Virus record (IMG/VR): IMGVR_UViG_3300027212_000010 | Span: 3,097 to 67,096 of that record | Source: a virus | Taxonomy: Duplodnaviria; Caudoviricetes | Direction: 5' to 3' (one strand) | Length of the DNA stretch: 64,000 bases | Shown here: positions 34,052-43,278 of the stretch, one piece after another | How the letters are laid out: every line of letters starts with the position of its first letter | Numbering within the stretch: the first letter of the stretch is position 1 | The notes under the pieces: generated by a model | What the model was told of the DNA's origin: nothing | What the model saw: the letters and a program-made list of their open reading frames with translations, nothing else | Databases searched by the model: none | Program-made: the position numbers and the translations under genes

Positions 34052-35473
34052 TTATCTAATTACCTTTGTGTTATACATAGATTCCCAATCTTTAATATCA
34101 TTTTCATCGTTAAGTAGTGGCTGACCTTTTATATTTAGGCTTGTATTTAAAAGAACTGGAACCCCAGTCTGCAGATAGAATTTATTTAAAACTCTCCAAA
34201 GGCCTCTGTGCTGATCCTTATTTACAGTTTGAACTCTTGATGTGCCATCTATATGAACAACAGAAGGAATCTTTTCTGGCTGCAAACACTTTACAGTGTA
34301 TTGCATGTAAGGAGATGTAAAGTCCATTTCAAACCATTTAGACGCACACTCTTCCATAACAACTGGTGCAAACGGCCTAAACAGCTCACGCTGTTTGATA
34401 TTGTTTACTTTATCCTTAATGCTTCTATCTCTTGGATCCGCTAGTATACTTCTGTTTCCTAATGCTCTGGGTCCATATTCAGCTCTTCCACTTGCAACTG
34501 CTACAATTCCATCTTTAAGTATGCCGTCAATTATTTTTTGAACTGGATATTCCCCGCCAAGATCGTGGCCAAGGTAAGGATCTTTCCATTCAATATGTTT
34601 TCCATACATTGCTGCTGCTGCTCCTAACGAGCTTCCAGCATCCCCAGGGTTTGGCATAATCCAAATCATATCAAAGATTTTCCATAGCAGAGTATTTGCT
34701 GAAGAGTTTAGAGCGCATCCACCCATGAACACCAAGTTATTTTTGCCAGTTAGCGACTTTGCCATACGCATAAAATCGTTAAGTCTTTGTTCGTAAACTA
34801 TTTGTGCTGCGGCTGCAATGTCAAACTTATCTTCTTCTGAAACCCAGCCCCAATCTGTGATTCCTTTATGAAAATTATATTTTTGGCTAGTATATGAAGG
34901 GAAATAGTCGTTAACCTTTTTATAGTATTTGGTCCAATCTCCGTATGCGGCCATGCCCATCATAATATATTCTTCCTGGTTTGGCATTAGCCCTATTAGC
35001 TGAGTAAATGCCGAATAGAATAATCCAAAACTAACTGGGTAGTTTTGCTTATACTTTAGTTTAATCTTATCACTTTCGCCAGTCCATATTGTAGAAGTGT
35101 TATATTCTCCTATGGCATCTAGAACCACTATAGCGGCATCGTTAAATGAACTCGTGTAATATCCTGCTGATGCATGGGAGTAGTGGTGGCCAAATGATTT
35201 ACGGGGTATCCCGTCGATCTTAAACCTTGGGTTCCATTCACCTGAACCACCTCTTACAAGCAGCCTAGAGGCCTTCAGAAGGGGTTTCTCGTAGTAGGCT
35301 ACAGCATCAGGTAGGCCGTAAGACAAAGCATCATTAACTAAACTATCATTGATATACCAATCATTTTTTTGCTTGCTATATCTCTCTGCATGACCTGCAA
35401 ATAATACCTTTCCGTCCTCTATTAAAGACACGGAGGCATCATGAGATGTCTCATTAATTCCTAATATTCTCAT
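34052..35473 (-). CDS. carbamoyltransferase (NodU/CmcH/TobZ family)
   Basis: HDASV; ERYSKQK; HHYSHA; VLDAIGE; GGCALN; EYGPRALGNRS; NTSLN. Confidence 0.93.
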   Translation of the reverse strand: MRILGINETSHDASVSLIEDGKVLFAGHAERYSKQKNDWYINDSLVNDALSYGLPDAVAYYEKPLLKASRLLVRGGSGEWNPRFKIDGIPRKSFGHHYSHASAGYYTSSFNDAAIVVLDAIGEYNTSTIWTGESDKIKLKYKQNYPVSFGLFYSAFTQLIGLMPNQEEYIMMGMAAYGDWTKYYKKVNDYFPSYTSQKYNFHKGITDWGWVSEEDKFDIAAAAQIVYEQRLNDFMRMAKSLTGKNNLVFMGGCALNSSANTLLWKIFDMIWIMPNPGDAGSSLGAAAAMYGKHIEWKDPYLGHDLGGEYPVQKIIDGILKDGIVAVASGRAEYGPRALGNRSILADPRDRSIKDKVNNIKQRELFRPFAPVVMEECASKWFEMDFTSPYMQYTVKCLQPEKIPSVVHIDGTSRVQTVNKDQHRGLWRVLNKFYLQTGVPVLLNTSLNIKGQPLLNDENDIKDWESMYNTKVIR

Positions 35474-35536
35474 TAGTATATAAACCTATTCTTTTTTTTC
35501 TTTTTAAATTTTTGAATTATTTTATATATGTAATAT

Positions 35537-36559
35537 TTAATTACTATCACGATTTAGGACTCCTTTTAAGTAATTTAAAAAAGTTTCAGCGTAATGCAGA
35601 TGTCTATGATGACCAAAATGTGAGTGTTCTATACCTTTTTCTCTATCAAGAGCTACGTGAAAACTTGTGCTGTTGTTTTTATCTTCGTGACAATTTATTT
35701 TATTTTTTGTTTCTGGATCATGCAGGATGTCCAAATCTCCAGAGACAGACCAATTTTCTGGGCTACAGCTAATATAATTTTCAAAGTTTATTTTTTTAAT
35801 AAGCTCATTAGTAGTAGTATCCCATGTGCTCCAAACAAAATCTATACCAGCTGCCTTACAATAAAGAGACAGCATATCTATATACTGAGCGGCGTACATG
35901 TGTGAAATTTCTTCAGTAATAACATCATTTGCGATCAGAGGTCTCTTATATATTCCTTTTGGGTTTTGTTCTGCAGAAACTGTTGTACTATTTTTAATCA
36001 TAAAATTCATATACTCTTTAGTTCTAAAATCATTTTCAGATTGAGTATTTGCCCATACAAAAGTCTTTTCATCATAAGAATCAAAAAATGATTGTGACGC
36101 AAGCAAAGCTTGATTATTAAATGTAAGGAATCTATTAAAGTCTGGGAACAATGCTACTATTTTTTTAGGGTTTCCAAATTCATTTATATAAGAAAAAATT
36201 TTACTTATCTGTCCAGGGATGCTGTCACCGTATCTTGCAACAGAGTTATACTCTACATGCAAATTATTACTTAATATGTAAGGCATTGTTTCTTCTATTG
36301 GTAGCCCTAGTCCTGAAGCTACTGAGCATCCAGCAAATAATAGATCTATATCTTTTTTAAATTTAGGTGATCTAAATCCATACTCGTTATATTCGCATAT
36401 GGAGCCGAACTCCATCCTCTTCCATCCACCGTTCTTTATAAGATTTAATTTATTCTTATATATATCAGACTCTATCCCTGGATAGTAGTATACAGACTTT
36501 GATGCCTTTTCATTAACAATTGATTCGGCAAGGCTGCTTGAAGTAAATTTAGCTTTCAT
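35537..36559 (-). CDS. SGNH-like hypothetical protein, paralogue of 32269-33180
   Basis: YNEYGFRS; GCSVASGLG; HFGHHRH. Confidence 0.55.
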   Translation of the reverse strand: MKAKFTSSSLAESIVNEKASKSVYYYPGIESDIYKNKLNLIKNGGWKRMEFGSICEYNEYGFRSPKFKKDIDLLFAGCSVASGLGLPIEETMPYILSNNLHVEYNSVARYGDSIPGQISKIFSYINEFGNPKKIVALFPDFNRFLTFNNQALLASQSFFDSYDEKTFVWANTQSENDFRTKEYMNFMIKNSTTVSAEQNPKGIYKRPLIANDVITEEISHMYAAQYIDMLSLYCKAAGIDFVWSTWDTTTNELIKKINFENYISCSPENWSVSGDLDILHDPETKNKINCHEDKNNSTSFHVALDREKGIEHSHFGHHRHLHYAETFLNYLKGVLNRDSN

Positions 36560-36788
36560 TTTTGGATATACCAGATTCTACAATCTGCTGAACATACTCT
36601 GAAAAATGTTTTCTAATTGCTCCCATGGGTCTTGATCCAAATGCCTCCCATAATCTTTTATACTCTATTATATTTTGTAGTGTAGTTGGGCAAACCACAA
36701 TACCATTGTATGATTTCATTACAATTGGAAGAGGTACGTGTTTACTGCAACACTTACATTCTTTGGCTAGCTCTTGATATTCGCTCAT
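36549..36788 (-). CDS. Cys-containing hypothetical protein
   Basis: ORF track. Confidence 0.65.
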   Translation of the reverse strand: MSEYQELAKECKCCSKHVPLPIVMKSYNGIVVCPTTLQNIIEYKRLWEAFGSRPMGAIRKHFSEYVQQIVESGISKNES

Positions 36789-38599
36789 ATTATTTGCATC
36801 CTGTCCATTGCTTCTCTTAAGTCCTGGGGCATTCTTGGTGCCCTGATCAGATTATAGGATGTTGTATCTGGGTCATCCTTGTCCCCAAAGTCATTGTCAT
36901 AGCTCATTGATTCATAAGTATGTACATTTATTTCTTGATTATTATCAAATCTAGTTCTACTAATTGAATTAAATATAGCTCCACAAGTAGCATCCGCCAA
37001 GTCTTTTGACCCCTTTCTAGGGTGGTCAACCTTGTCTCTCATGATTCTAAGTTGACATAGTTCATCTATAAGCAATGGTATGTGCGGCCCTATTAGTCTT
37101 TCTTCCGCCACAATCATTGCCATATCATCATAGTGTTTTTTAGCGACAGACAGAATCTCTGTATTGATGCCATATTGTTTTAGTTGTTGCATCATATCAT
37201 GAGAGTTCCATCTGTCAAAAGTACATATTGCTATATTAAAGCCTCTAGTTTTAAGAGAAAGAATGTAGTCTTTAACTTCTGTAAAGTCAACAGACTTGTC
37301 TGGTGTAGGAGTCCAATATCTAACTGCGTCTATCTCTACAATAGGGGCGGGCTGTGAGTATGTATCTGTTACCTTTACGTTAACCCATTTGTTTACATGA
37401 GCCATCGTTACTGCACAATGGTCATGCTTCTGTGCCAAGTCTACGTGTATATAATATTTTTTATCTGGGTCTGGCAAAAACCACTCTTCAAGTCTGCCGA
37501 AGTTGTCTACGGCAATTGCTCCCACATTAAATGCTTTTTCTACTTTTTCTCTTGACTTAAAGAATGCGTCAATTGCGTCTGGTGGCATGCAAGCAAATCT
37601 TGAAAGAGCATCTGTTGGGTTTGTATAGAAGGCTGTTTTAAAATCGTCAATTTTTCTAACTGGATTAACTTCCCAAGTTGGGCGTTTAAGAGCATAAACT
37701 TTAGGTATTTTGTAAGATACAATATGATCTTCTTCCCATTGAATCTCAAACTCATTACCTTCAGTTCCATCTGGTAACTCCTCATACATCTTAAATTTGT
37801 GATCTCTAATTACAGTTTCTTTTTCTCCAATTACAGCGTCGTACCTTTGCTGAATATAGTCATTTTTAAATCTAGGGAACGATAGCAAAATAACCTTTCC
37901 AAAGTCTGGGAAACGTGAGTCTACTGATGCCCTATACATATCATACACCGCACTACCTGTTTTTGCTTGATCGTGGCCCGTCGTATTTTCAATTGCAAAG
38001 CCAGAAATTTCATCAAGAATAACAACAATAACGTTATATCCTTCCCAGGCTTCTCTTTCTGAGTGACCTGAGTGTACTGTTATTGCTTTACTGAATTGAA
38101 TTTCAGAAGCCTTTGAATAATATTTCCCTATAAACCATGGAGACTTATCTATTCTACTTTTAAATCCTTTAAAGAATACATTGTTTGCCTGTTGTGAGTT
38201 AATAGCAATATTAATAATATCAATAGAATCTCCTGGGGGCTTTCCATAATATGTTGCTGGGTCTTTTAAACACAATAGTAAATATACTATATATGCAACT
38301 GCAATTGTTGAGCAGTAATCTTTTCCTGAACCTTTGCCAAGTTGTGCAACTACTTCATTTGCTGTCTGCTTAAATCTTATTGCACCTTCGTCTTCTCCAA
38401 ACAACTTCTTTAGTGTTGACTCTTTGTATATCTGAGAGCTTTTTTCAATCAGAAGGTACTGGTATTCTGAAAGAGGTGGTAGTCCTAGATAGTTTGGATC
38501 GTTAACAAATGTTCTAAGATCAACAGGCTTTTCTTCAAACTCTTCGCCATCTAAAATATCAATTAAATCTGAAAAATCAAACGACATCAGCGTCCTCAA
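36785..38599 (-). CDS. terL: terminase large subunit
   Basis: Walker A GKGSGKD; Walker B VILDE; nuclease HVDLA, FDRW, KDLADA. Confidence 0.88.
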   Translation of the reverse strand: MRTLMSFDFSDLIDILDGEEFEEKPVDLRTFVNDPNYLGLPPLSEYQYLLIEKSSQIYKESTLKKLFGEDEGAIRFKQTANEVVAQLGKGSGKDYCSTIAVAYIVYLLLCLKDPATYYGKPPGDSIDIINIAINSQQANNVFFKGFKSRIDKSPWFIGKYYSKASEIQFSKAITVHSGHSEREAWEGYNVIVVILDEISGFAIENTTGHDQAKTGSAVYDMYRASVDSRFPDFGKVILLSFPRFKNDYIQQRYDAVIGEKETVIRDHKFKMYEELPDGTEGNEFEIQWEEDHIVSYKIPKVYALKRPTWEVNPVRKIDDFKTAFYTNPTDALSRFACMPPDAIDAFFKSREKVEKAFNVGAIAVDNFGRLEEWFLPDPDKKYYIHVDLAQKHDHCAVTMAHVNKWVNVKVTDTYSQPAPIVEIDAVRYWTPTPDKSVDFTEVKDYILSLKTRGFNIAICTFDRWNSHDMMQQLKQYGINTEILSVAKKHYDDMAMIVAEERLIGPHIPLLIDELCQLRIMRDKVDHPRKGSKDLADATCGAIFNSISRTRFDNNQEINVHTYESMSYDNDFGDKDDPDTTSYNLIRAPRMPQDLREAMDRMQII

Positions 38600-39113
38600 T
38601 TACAATTGCTTCAACAATTCCTGTAATCTGAGAAAGTCTTTTTGCAACATCCATTTTGCATTTAGGACAAGATGCGGTTACTTCTTTTAATATGCCAACC
38701 AAGATCTCCTGCTTACGCTCTGTCTCTGCAATCTGAGATGCTATCTGAGTGTTTTCTAACACGCCGATTGACTGTAGCATTGCTATTCTTTTTGTTTCTA
38801 TATCTGCGATTAACTTTAAAGCTCCTGCCTTTACGCTTAGCTGGCCCTGTGTGTCTGCATCTTCTACCGTTTTCCAAGCTTCTTTTATCAGCATTGCGTA
38901 GTGCTGGTCTGCGCCAGATATGGCCTCTCTTGCACGGTCACGAATATTGCTGTCGTTATGAACAACAGACTTCCATTCATCAACGTACTCTAAAACTTCT
39001 TTGCGTGAGAATCCTGTAAGCGTGGCTATCTGAGTTGCTGAATTGCCCTTTAAAAGCTCTTCCACAACCCTATTCATGCGATCAAAATGTACTGCTGGCT
39101 CTATTTCGCTCAT
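38577..39113 (-). CDS. HTH protein, probable terminase small subunit (leaderless)
   Basis: N-terminal HTH, helical body, overlaps terL start. Confidence 0.5.
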   Translation of the reverse strand: MSEIEPAVHFDRMNRVVEELLKGNSATQIATLTGFSRKEVLEYVDEWKSVVHNDSNIRDRAREAISGADQHYAMLIKEAWKTVEDADTQGQLSVKAGALKLIADIETKRIAMLQSIGVLENTQIASQIAETERKQEILVGILKEVTASCPKCKMDVAKRLSQITGIVEAIVIEDADVV

Positions 39114-39140
39114 ATATAAATTATACCATGTTTTAGTTGA

Positions 39141-39467
39141 CTAAGACTTATTGGCAATTTTTAAAAGAATTAGGTATCCTATTAGATCATCAATATCATT
39201 GTCTCCAGGGAAAGCCTGATCATTCTGAATTCTATTTAACTTGTCATCAATACGGACTCTAATTTGTTCCTTTGAATCCGCCTTTGAAAATATACGAATT
39301 GGATCTAGCGCTGAGTTCCCATACGACACATTCTTTTTAATTAGCATCTCTGCCATCTCTAAACACTCAACAATAATTTTTTGTCCTGATGGTGCATCTG
39401 TTGCAATTAATTGAAGGTCGGTTATCCACGCCTGGTACCCGCCCGATTTATTTGGGTAGTCACTCAT
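39141..39467 (-). CDS. DUF1599-like nucleotide-modification-associated protein
   Basis: KKNVSYGNS; RIDDKLNRI; DLIGYLIL. Confidence 0.65.
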   Translation of the reverse strand: MSDYPNKSGGYQAWITDLQLIATDAPSGQKIIVECLEMAEMLIKKNVSYGNSALDPIRIFSKADSKEQIRVRIDDKLNRIQNDQAFPGDNDIDDLIGYLILLKIANKS

Positions 39468-39610
39468 TTTTTTCTTAGCAGTCCAAACTCTTGTAAATAT
39501 CTCTGTATAGTCATAGCAGAGACACCGCACTCTTTACCTATTTCTGTAACTGTTTTCTTTTGTACTATGTACCTTCTGTAAAGCCAATCTTTACTCTGAT
39601 AAAGTTTCAT
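39464..39610 (-). CDS. small HTH DNA-binding protein (48 aa)
   Basis: MKLYQSKDWL...TVTEIGKECGVSAMTIQRYL; read by hand. Confidence 0.7.
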   Translation of the reverse strand: MKLYQSKDWLYRRYIVQKKTVTEIGKECGVSAMTIQRYLQEFGLLRKK

Positions 39611-40173
39611 CGCTTAGTAAGCACCTGGTTACTATAATGTGCAATACCAAAACTATCTGCAACGTCAAAATCCACAATTTCTAAACCATATTTCTTATTA
39701 AAGTAATCAGCAGTTCTTTGCTTCCTCATATTACGTAATTGATTCTTATACCATGAATCTGCATAGCCTGGGTTTGCCAACCTTATTCCAGACTTCTCAT
39801 CCTTTGTCGGATTCTTGTTGCCAATGTACGCCTGCCACGAGGATGGGCTAATAGTAATAACCTTAGCGCCAGTAGACATGAGCTCAGCAATAACAACTCC
39901 ATAGACATAAGACAATTTTATCACAGCATCTGGTGATCTGACAAGTATGGCTCCTTCTACGGCAATATAATCACTCTTAAGTTCATCTAACATCATTGCC
40001 ATTTTATTTTTTGCATCATGAATTTTTTCATAAATGTCTTCTCCGACAAGATTGATCTTTCCCCATTTTAAAGGGACATCATCTTCCATTAAGCAAAAAG
40101 CTATAGAGTTTGTTGAGGCGTCTATACCTAACACTCTATTGGCTTTAGTTTTAACTAGGCTAGCTAATTTCAT
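39607..40173 (-). CDS. RuvC-like Holliday junction resolvase
   Basis: LGIDAS; IAVE; D.ADS.GIA. Confidence 0.8.
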   Translation of the reverse strand: MKLASLVKTKANRVLGIDASTNSIAFCLMEDDVPLKWGKINLVGEDIYEKIHDAKNKMAMMLDELKSDYIAVEGAILVRSPDAVIKLSYVYGVVIAELMSTGAKVITISPSSWQAYIGNKNPTKDEKSGIRLANPGYADSWYKNQLRNMRKQRTADYFNKKYGLEIVDFDVADSFGIAHYSNQVLTKR

Positions 40174-40438
40174 TTATAATTTCCGAGATCATCTTTTTAG
40201 CCTTAGCATAATTAGTTTTTGAACAAGAAGAGCATATATTTTCTGTGTTATATCTACTTAGCTCAGACTTGCATTTTTTGCAATTTCTCAGGGCTCCTTT
40301 TTTAATTGCTTTCTTTTCATAATATTTATCCATGATCCTCTTGTTTGTTGCAATTCTGCAACACTCATCAGAGCAATATTTTTGATTATGTGTTCTCGAA
40401 ACAAACTCAGACATGCATTCTTTATTTGCACATATCAC
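40160..40438 (-). CDS. Zn-finger protein
   Basis: C...C...YCSDEC...CKKC...CSSC. Confidence 0.7.
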   Translation of the reverse strand: MICANKECMSEFVSRTHNQKYCSDECCRIATNKRIMDKYYEKKAIKKGALRNCKKCKSELSRYNTENICSSCSKTNYAKAKKMISEIINEIS

Positions 40439-41232
40439 AGAATAAAGTCCTCGTATAACTCTATTTGAACTGTACCTGTTGGGCCAGACTTATCGTAGCA
40501 TTGTTTTTTTACTGGGCAATAAGTGCAGGGCATTTTTGATTTAGTTGCGCCTGCTGGCCTCATTGGAAGATCTCCATTTTTAAAGTTATCGTAAACCTCT
40601 TGCATCCATAAGAAGGCATTTTCAATCAGGGCTTTATTCTTTTCATTCATTGAGATTGGAATGATAAGTATCTCTTGAGTATTTTTATTTTCGTACAGGA
40701 AGAATCCTTCTTTAGCATTTTTTAATTTCATGTATGTTAAAAGCTGAAGCATGTGATTTGAAGAAGACTTCATTTCTGATTGTCTTGTATCCCAAACCTC
40801 TTGCTTTGCTGTTTTAATTTCACCAATTACTGTCTCGCCATCATACTCCATAATAAGATCTATGAAGCCTCTGATTGGCGGATACTCATTAACAATCTCT
40901 TCTTCTTCCGCTTTCCACTGAGGCATGGTAGAAATAAGCTTCTGTAGTCTTTCATGCGCCTGAGTTCCCTGTGCCATATTAGCAATTGCAACTGCATCGT
41001 TATCATCAATAAAAACTGCGCCAGAAAAAGCCATATACCAATATCTAGGACACTTACCATGACCGTAACCCAATGAACTTGGACTGAATGACTTCTTAGT
41101 CATCTCTCCGTCTGCTCGTTTAGTATTGCGATATGACTCATCAAGAAGTTGAGCAAACAACTCTGGATCAAAAAACTTACCAGTATGTTTTTTAAACTTA
41201 AGGTTCTTTACAATATCTCTAGCCATTAGCAA
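40435..41232 (-). CDS. Cas4-like PD-(D/E)XK exonuclease
   Basis: CPRY; GT..H; GFIDLI; EIKT; QL..Y; CTYCPVKKQC. Confidence 0.85.
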   Translation of the reverse strand: MLMARDIVKNLKFKKHTGKFFDPELFAQLLDESYRNTKRADGEMTKKSFSPSSLGYGHGKCPRYWYMAFSGAVFIDDNDAVAIANMAQGTQAHERLQKLISTMPQWKAEEEEIVNEYPPIRGFIDLIMEYDGETVIGEIKTAKQEVWDTRQSEMKSSSNHMLQLLTYMKLKNAKEGFFLYENKNTQEILIIPISMNEKNKALIENAFLWMQEVYDNFKNGDLPMRPAGATKSKMPCTYCPVKKQCYDKSGPTGTVQIELYEDFIL

Positions 41233-41383
41233 ACCTAAAAACTAAATCAGCGCCGAGCCAAATGCCAATGATCCCCATAACTGCAGGAAAATATGGTGGT
41301 GCTGGAACTGGCAATTTAAATGCTGCAAATATTCCGCCTAGGATAGCTCCTGTCAACGTACAAAGAAGTATGTCTTTAATCAT
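41219..41383 (-). CDS. XapX/DUF1427-like small membrane protein (54 aa)
   Basis: G...G.IFA.FKLPVPAPP...GIIGIWLG; read by hand. Confidence 0.7.
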   Translation of the reverse strand: MIKDILLCTLTGAILGGIFAAFKLPVPAPPYFPAVMGIIGIWLGADLVFRFANG

Positions 41384-41721
41384 TATGAGTTATACCTTAC
41401 TACATACTTAAGTGCATCTACAAGTTTGTCTATGGACTCCTTTACTGAATAGTAAACGTTTTTCTTGTTGTTATTAATAGTTCCCGCTTTGTCCTTTGCA
41501 ATAGTAGAATATACAGAGGCCATCACTGCAAACTTGGTAGACATTGCTTGAAGCTCCATGATTAGCATGGGGGCTTTTGCGGAAGGAACTTCAGGGTTCA
41601 TTAGTATCTTAACAACAATGGCCAAAGCCTTATCTAAGTGTTCGTCTTTCATGTACTCATGAAGGTCATTGAACTCTGTTATATCGCTGATTAGCTGAAG
41701 AGTGTTCTTATCTTCTGTCAT
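41383..41721 (-). CDS. hypothetical helical protein
   Basis: ORF track. Confidence 0.75.
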   Translation of the reverse strand: MTEDKNTLQLISDITEFNDLHEYMKDEHLDKALAIVVKILMNPEVPSAKAPMLIMELQAMSTKFAVMASVYSTIAKDKAGTINNNKKNVYYSVKESIDKLVDALKYVVRYNS

Positions 41722-41808
41722 TTTTAATCCTCTTGTCCCATTTGTCTATAAATAATCCTAGCGGATAACCCACAGAGAATCCTATCATAATCCCGAAGAT
41801 TAATCTAG

Positions 41809-42780
41809 TCACTGGTTTCTACCGTCTACATAAATATGATTTTCTTTAGCCACTTCAATTTTAATAGAAGGATTTACATCATGCCATTTTGTTCCTTCAA
41901 TTCTAACTTCACGATCATATATTCCAGTAGAGACCTTTTCTTGAACGTCAGCATCTACAATGCGAAGCCACTCTTCTTCTCCGTATTTTTCAATGCCATC
42001 TGCCCATTCTTTTGATCCTGGGTAATCCCATTGTGCAAAAACTCTAACAAAAACTTTTTTGTTTCCTTCAGTAACAGCTTTTGCCGAATGAAAATATGGC
42101 ATGCCAGATGGGAAAACAGTGACATCTCCAACTCCTGGTTTGTAAGTAACGACCTTTGGCACTTCGTCAATTTCGTTTAAGAACTCAACTTCTCCTCCTG
42201 TATAATCATCGTTTACATAAATGGTGATTGTTATAATCTGTTGTGCTCTTGGCTGACCAACTCTATGCTTATGTGCATCTGTATGAAATGTAATTGCAAG
42301 ATTTTTTTCGGCATGTATATCATGCTTTAAAACTTCTATGACAGAGTAATGCATTCTTCCAGCACCCGCTTCATTTAGCTTCCAGTTGTCGATATACTCT
42401 GGCCAATATCCAGACTCTGACCATTCATTTATATAGTCTTTAAAAACTACAGCGAATATGTCATAAAGCTTTTCTCTAAAGCTATATAAAAATTCAAGAT
42501 TATCATCACCAATATCTGTTGGCTTTTGCTTAGAGTTAAAAAATGTCTTTTTGCCAAAGGTGTGCCACGGAACCCACTCATTTATTGGAGAGATGTCTGC
42601 CATTTCTTTTGGCAAGACTCCGTGGTTATCACCTCTTGTAGAAAGCTCTTCGTGTGTTATTTCAAATTGGCTTGTATCATTTTCATAGAGATCCATTAAA
42701 CTATAAAATCTCTTTAGATCTTCCTTGTCAAACATGTCTCTATATATAACAACCTGTGGCATTACTTCGTACTTATTCAT
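41809..42780 (-). CDS. 2OG-Fe(II) oxygenase
   Basis: HTD; IYVNDDYTGGE; PYFHSAK.V.EG.K. Confidence 0.85.
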   Translation of the reverse strand: MNKYEVMPQVVIYRDMFDKEDLKRFYSLMDLYENDTSQFEITHEELSTRGDNHGVLPKEMADISPINEWVPWHTFGKKTFFNSKQKPTDIGDDNLEFLYSFREKLYDIFAVVFKDYINEWSESGYWPEYIDNWKLNEAGAGRMHYSVIEVLKHDIHAEKNLAITFHTDAHKHRVGQPRAQQIITITIYVNDDYTGGEVEFLNEIDEVPKVVTYKPGVGDVTVFPSGMPYFHSAKAVTEGNKKVFVRVFAQWDYPGSKEWADGIEKYGEEEWLRIVDADVQEKVSTGIYDREVRIEGTKWHDVNPSIKIEVAKENHIYVDGRNQ

Positions 42781-43078
42781 GATTTTCCTCCCAGAAATGT
42801 ATTAGATCTTCTAATACTGCCCACTCAATAATTCCAAGTCTTACCTTAGAATCTTTTCCTATAATAATCTTTAATGCTGGATGCATATCCCTGTTTACTT
42901 TAAATGTGTCCGTACAAATTTTTGCCCAGTTATCTTTATTTAAAGTAAAGGATGTACCTGCTTCTTTGTAATCCACAAGGAATTGATTCCATTGTGCATC
43001 ACCCTTTTGATAATCGCCTCTGCCTGAATTTTTTTGCGCTTTAGCGCCGTCTCTTTTTACTTCTGCTCTTTCTGACAT
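42773..43078 (-). CDS. Hjc-like PD-(D/E)XK nuclease
   Basis: NSGRG...KGD; VDYKE. Confidence 0.5.
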   Translation of the reverse strand: MSERAEVKRDGAKAQKNSGRGDYQKGDAQWNQFLVDYKEAGTSFTLNKDNWAKICTDTFKVNRDMHPALKIIIGKDSKVRLGIIEWAVLEDLIHFWEENHE

Positions 43079-43278
43079 CATCCGACCTTGTGTCTTGTTT
43101 CGTGACCGTCTTTGCATTTCCAATACATCTCCATGCTTTGATTGTTAAATTCATAAGATTCTACATAAAGATCGCATTTTGAACAAGGCCTAATGCTCTC
43201 TATAATTTCAATGCTACCGTCAATGACAGGAGTATCTAAATTTACTTTATTTAAAAACTCATCAAGATTTGGCATCAA
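43078..43278 (-). CDS. Zn-ribbon protein
   Basis: CSKC...CKDGH. Confidence 0.65.
   Translation of the reverse strand: MMPNLDEFLNKVNLDTPVIDGSIEIIESIRPCSKCDLYVESYEFNNQSMEMYWKCKDGHETRHKVG

Noticed and set aside
39422-39430. DnaA-like TTATCCACG
   Set aside because: Single, mismatched and inside a coding region.
40435-40470. C-terminal QIELY of the Cas4-like protein as a beta-clamp motif
   Set aside because: Only a loose match to QL[SD]LF; not supportable without conservation data.
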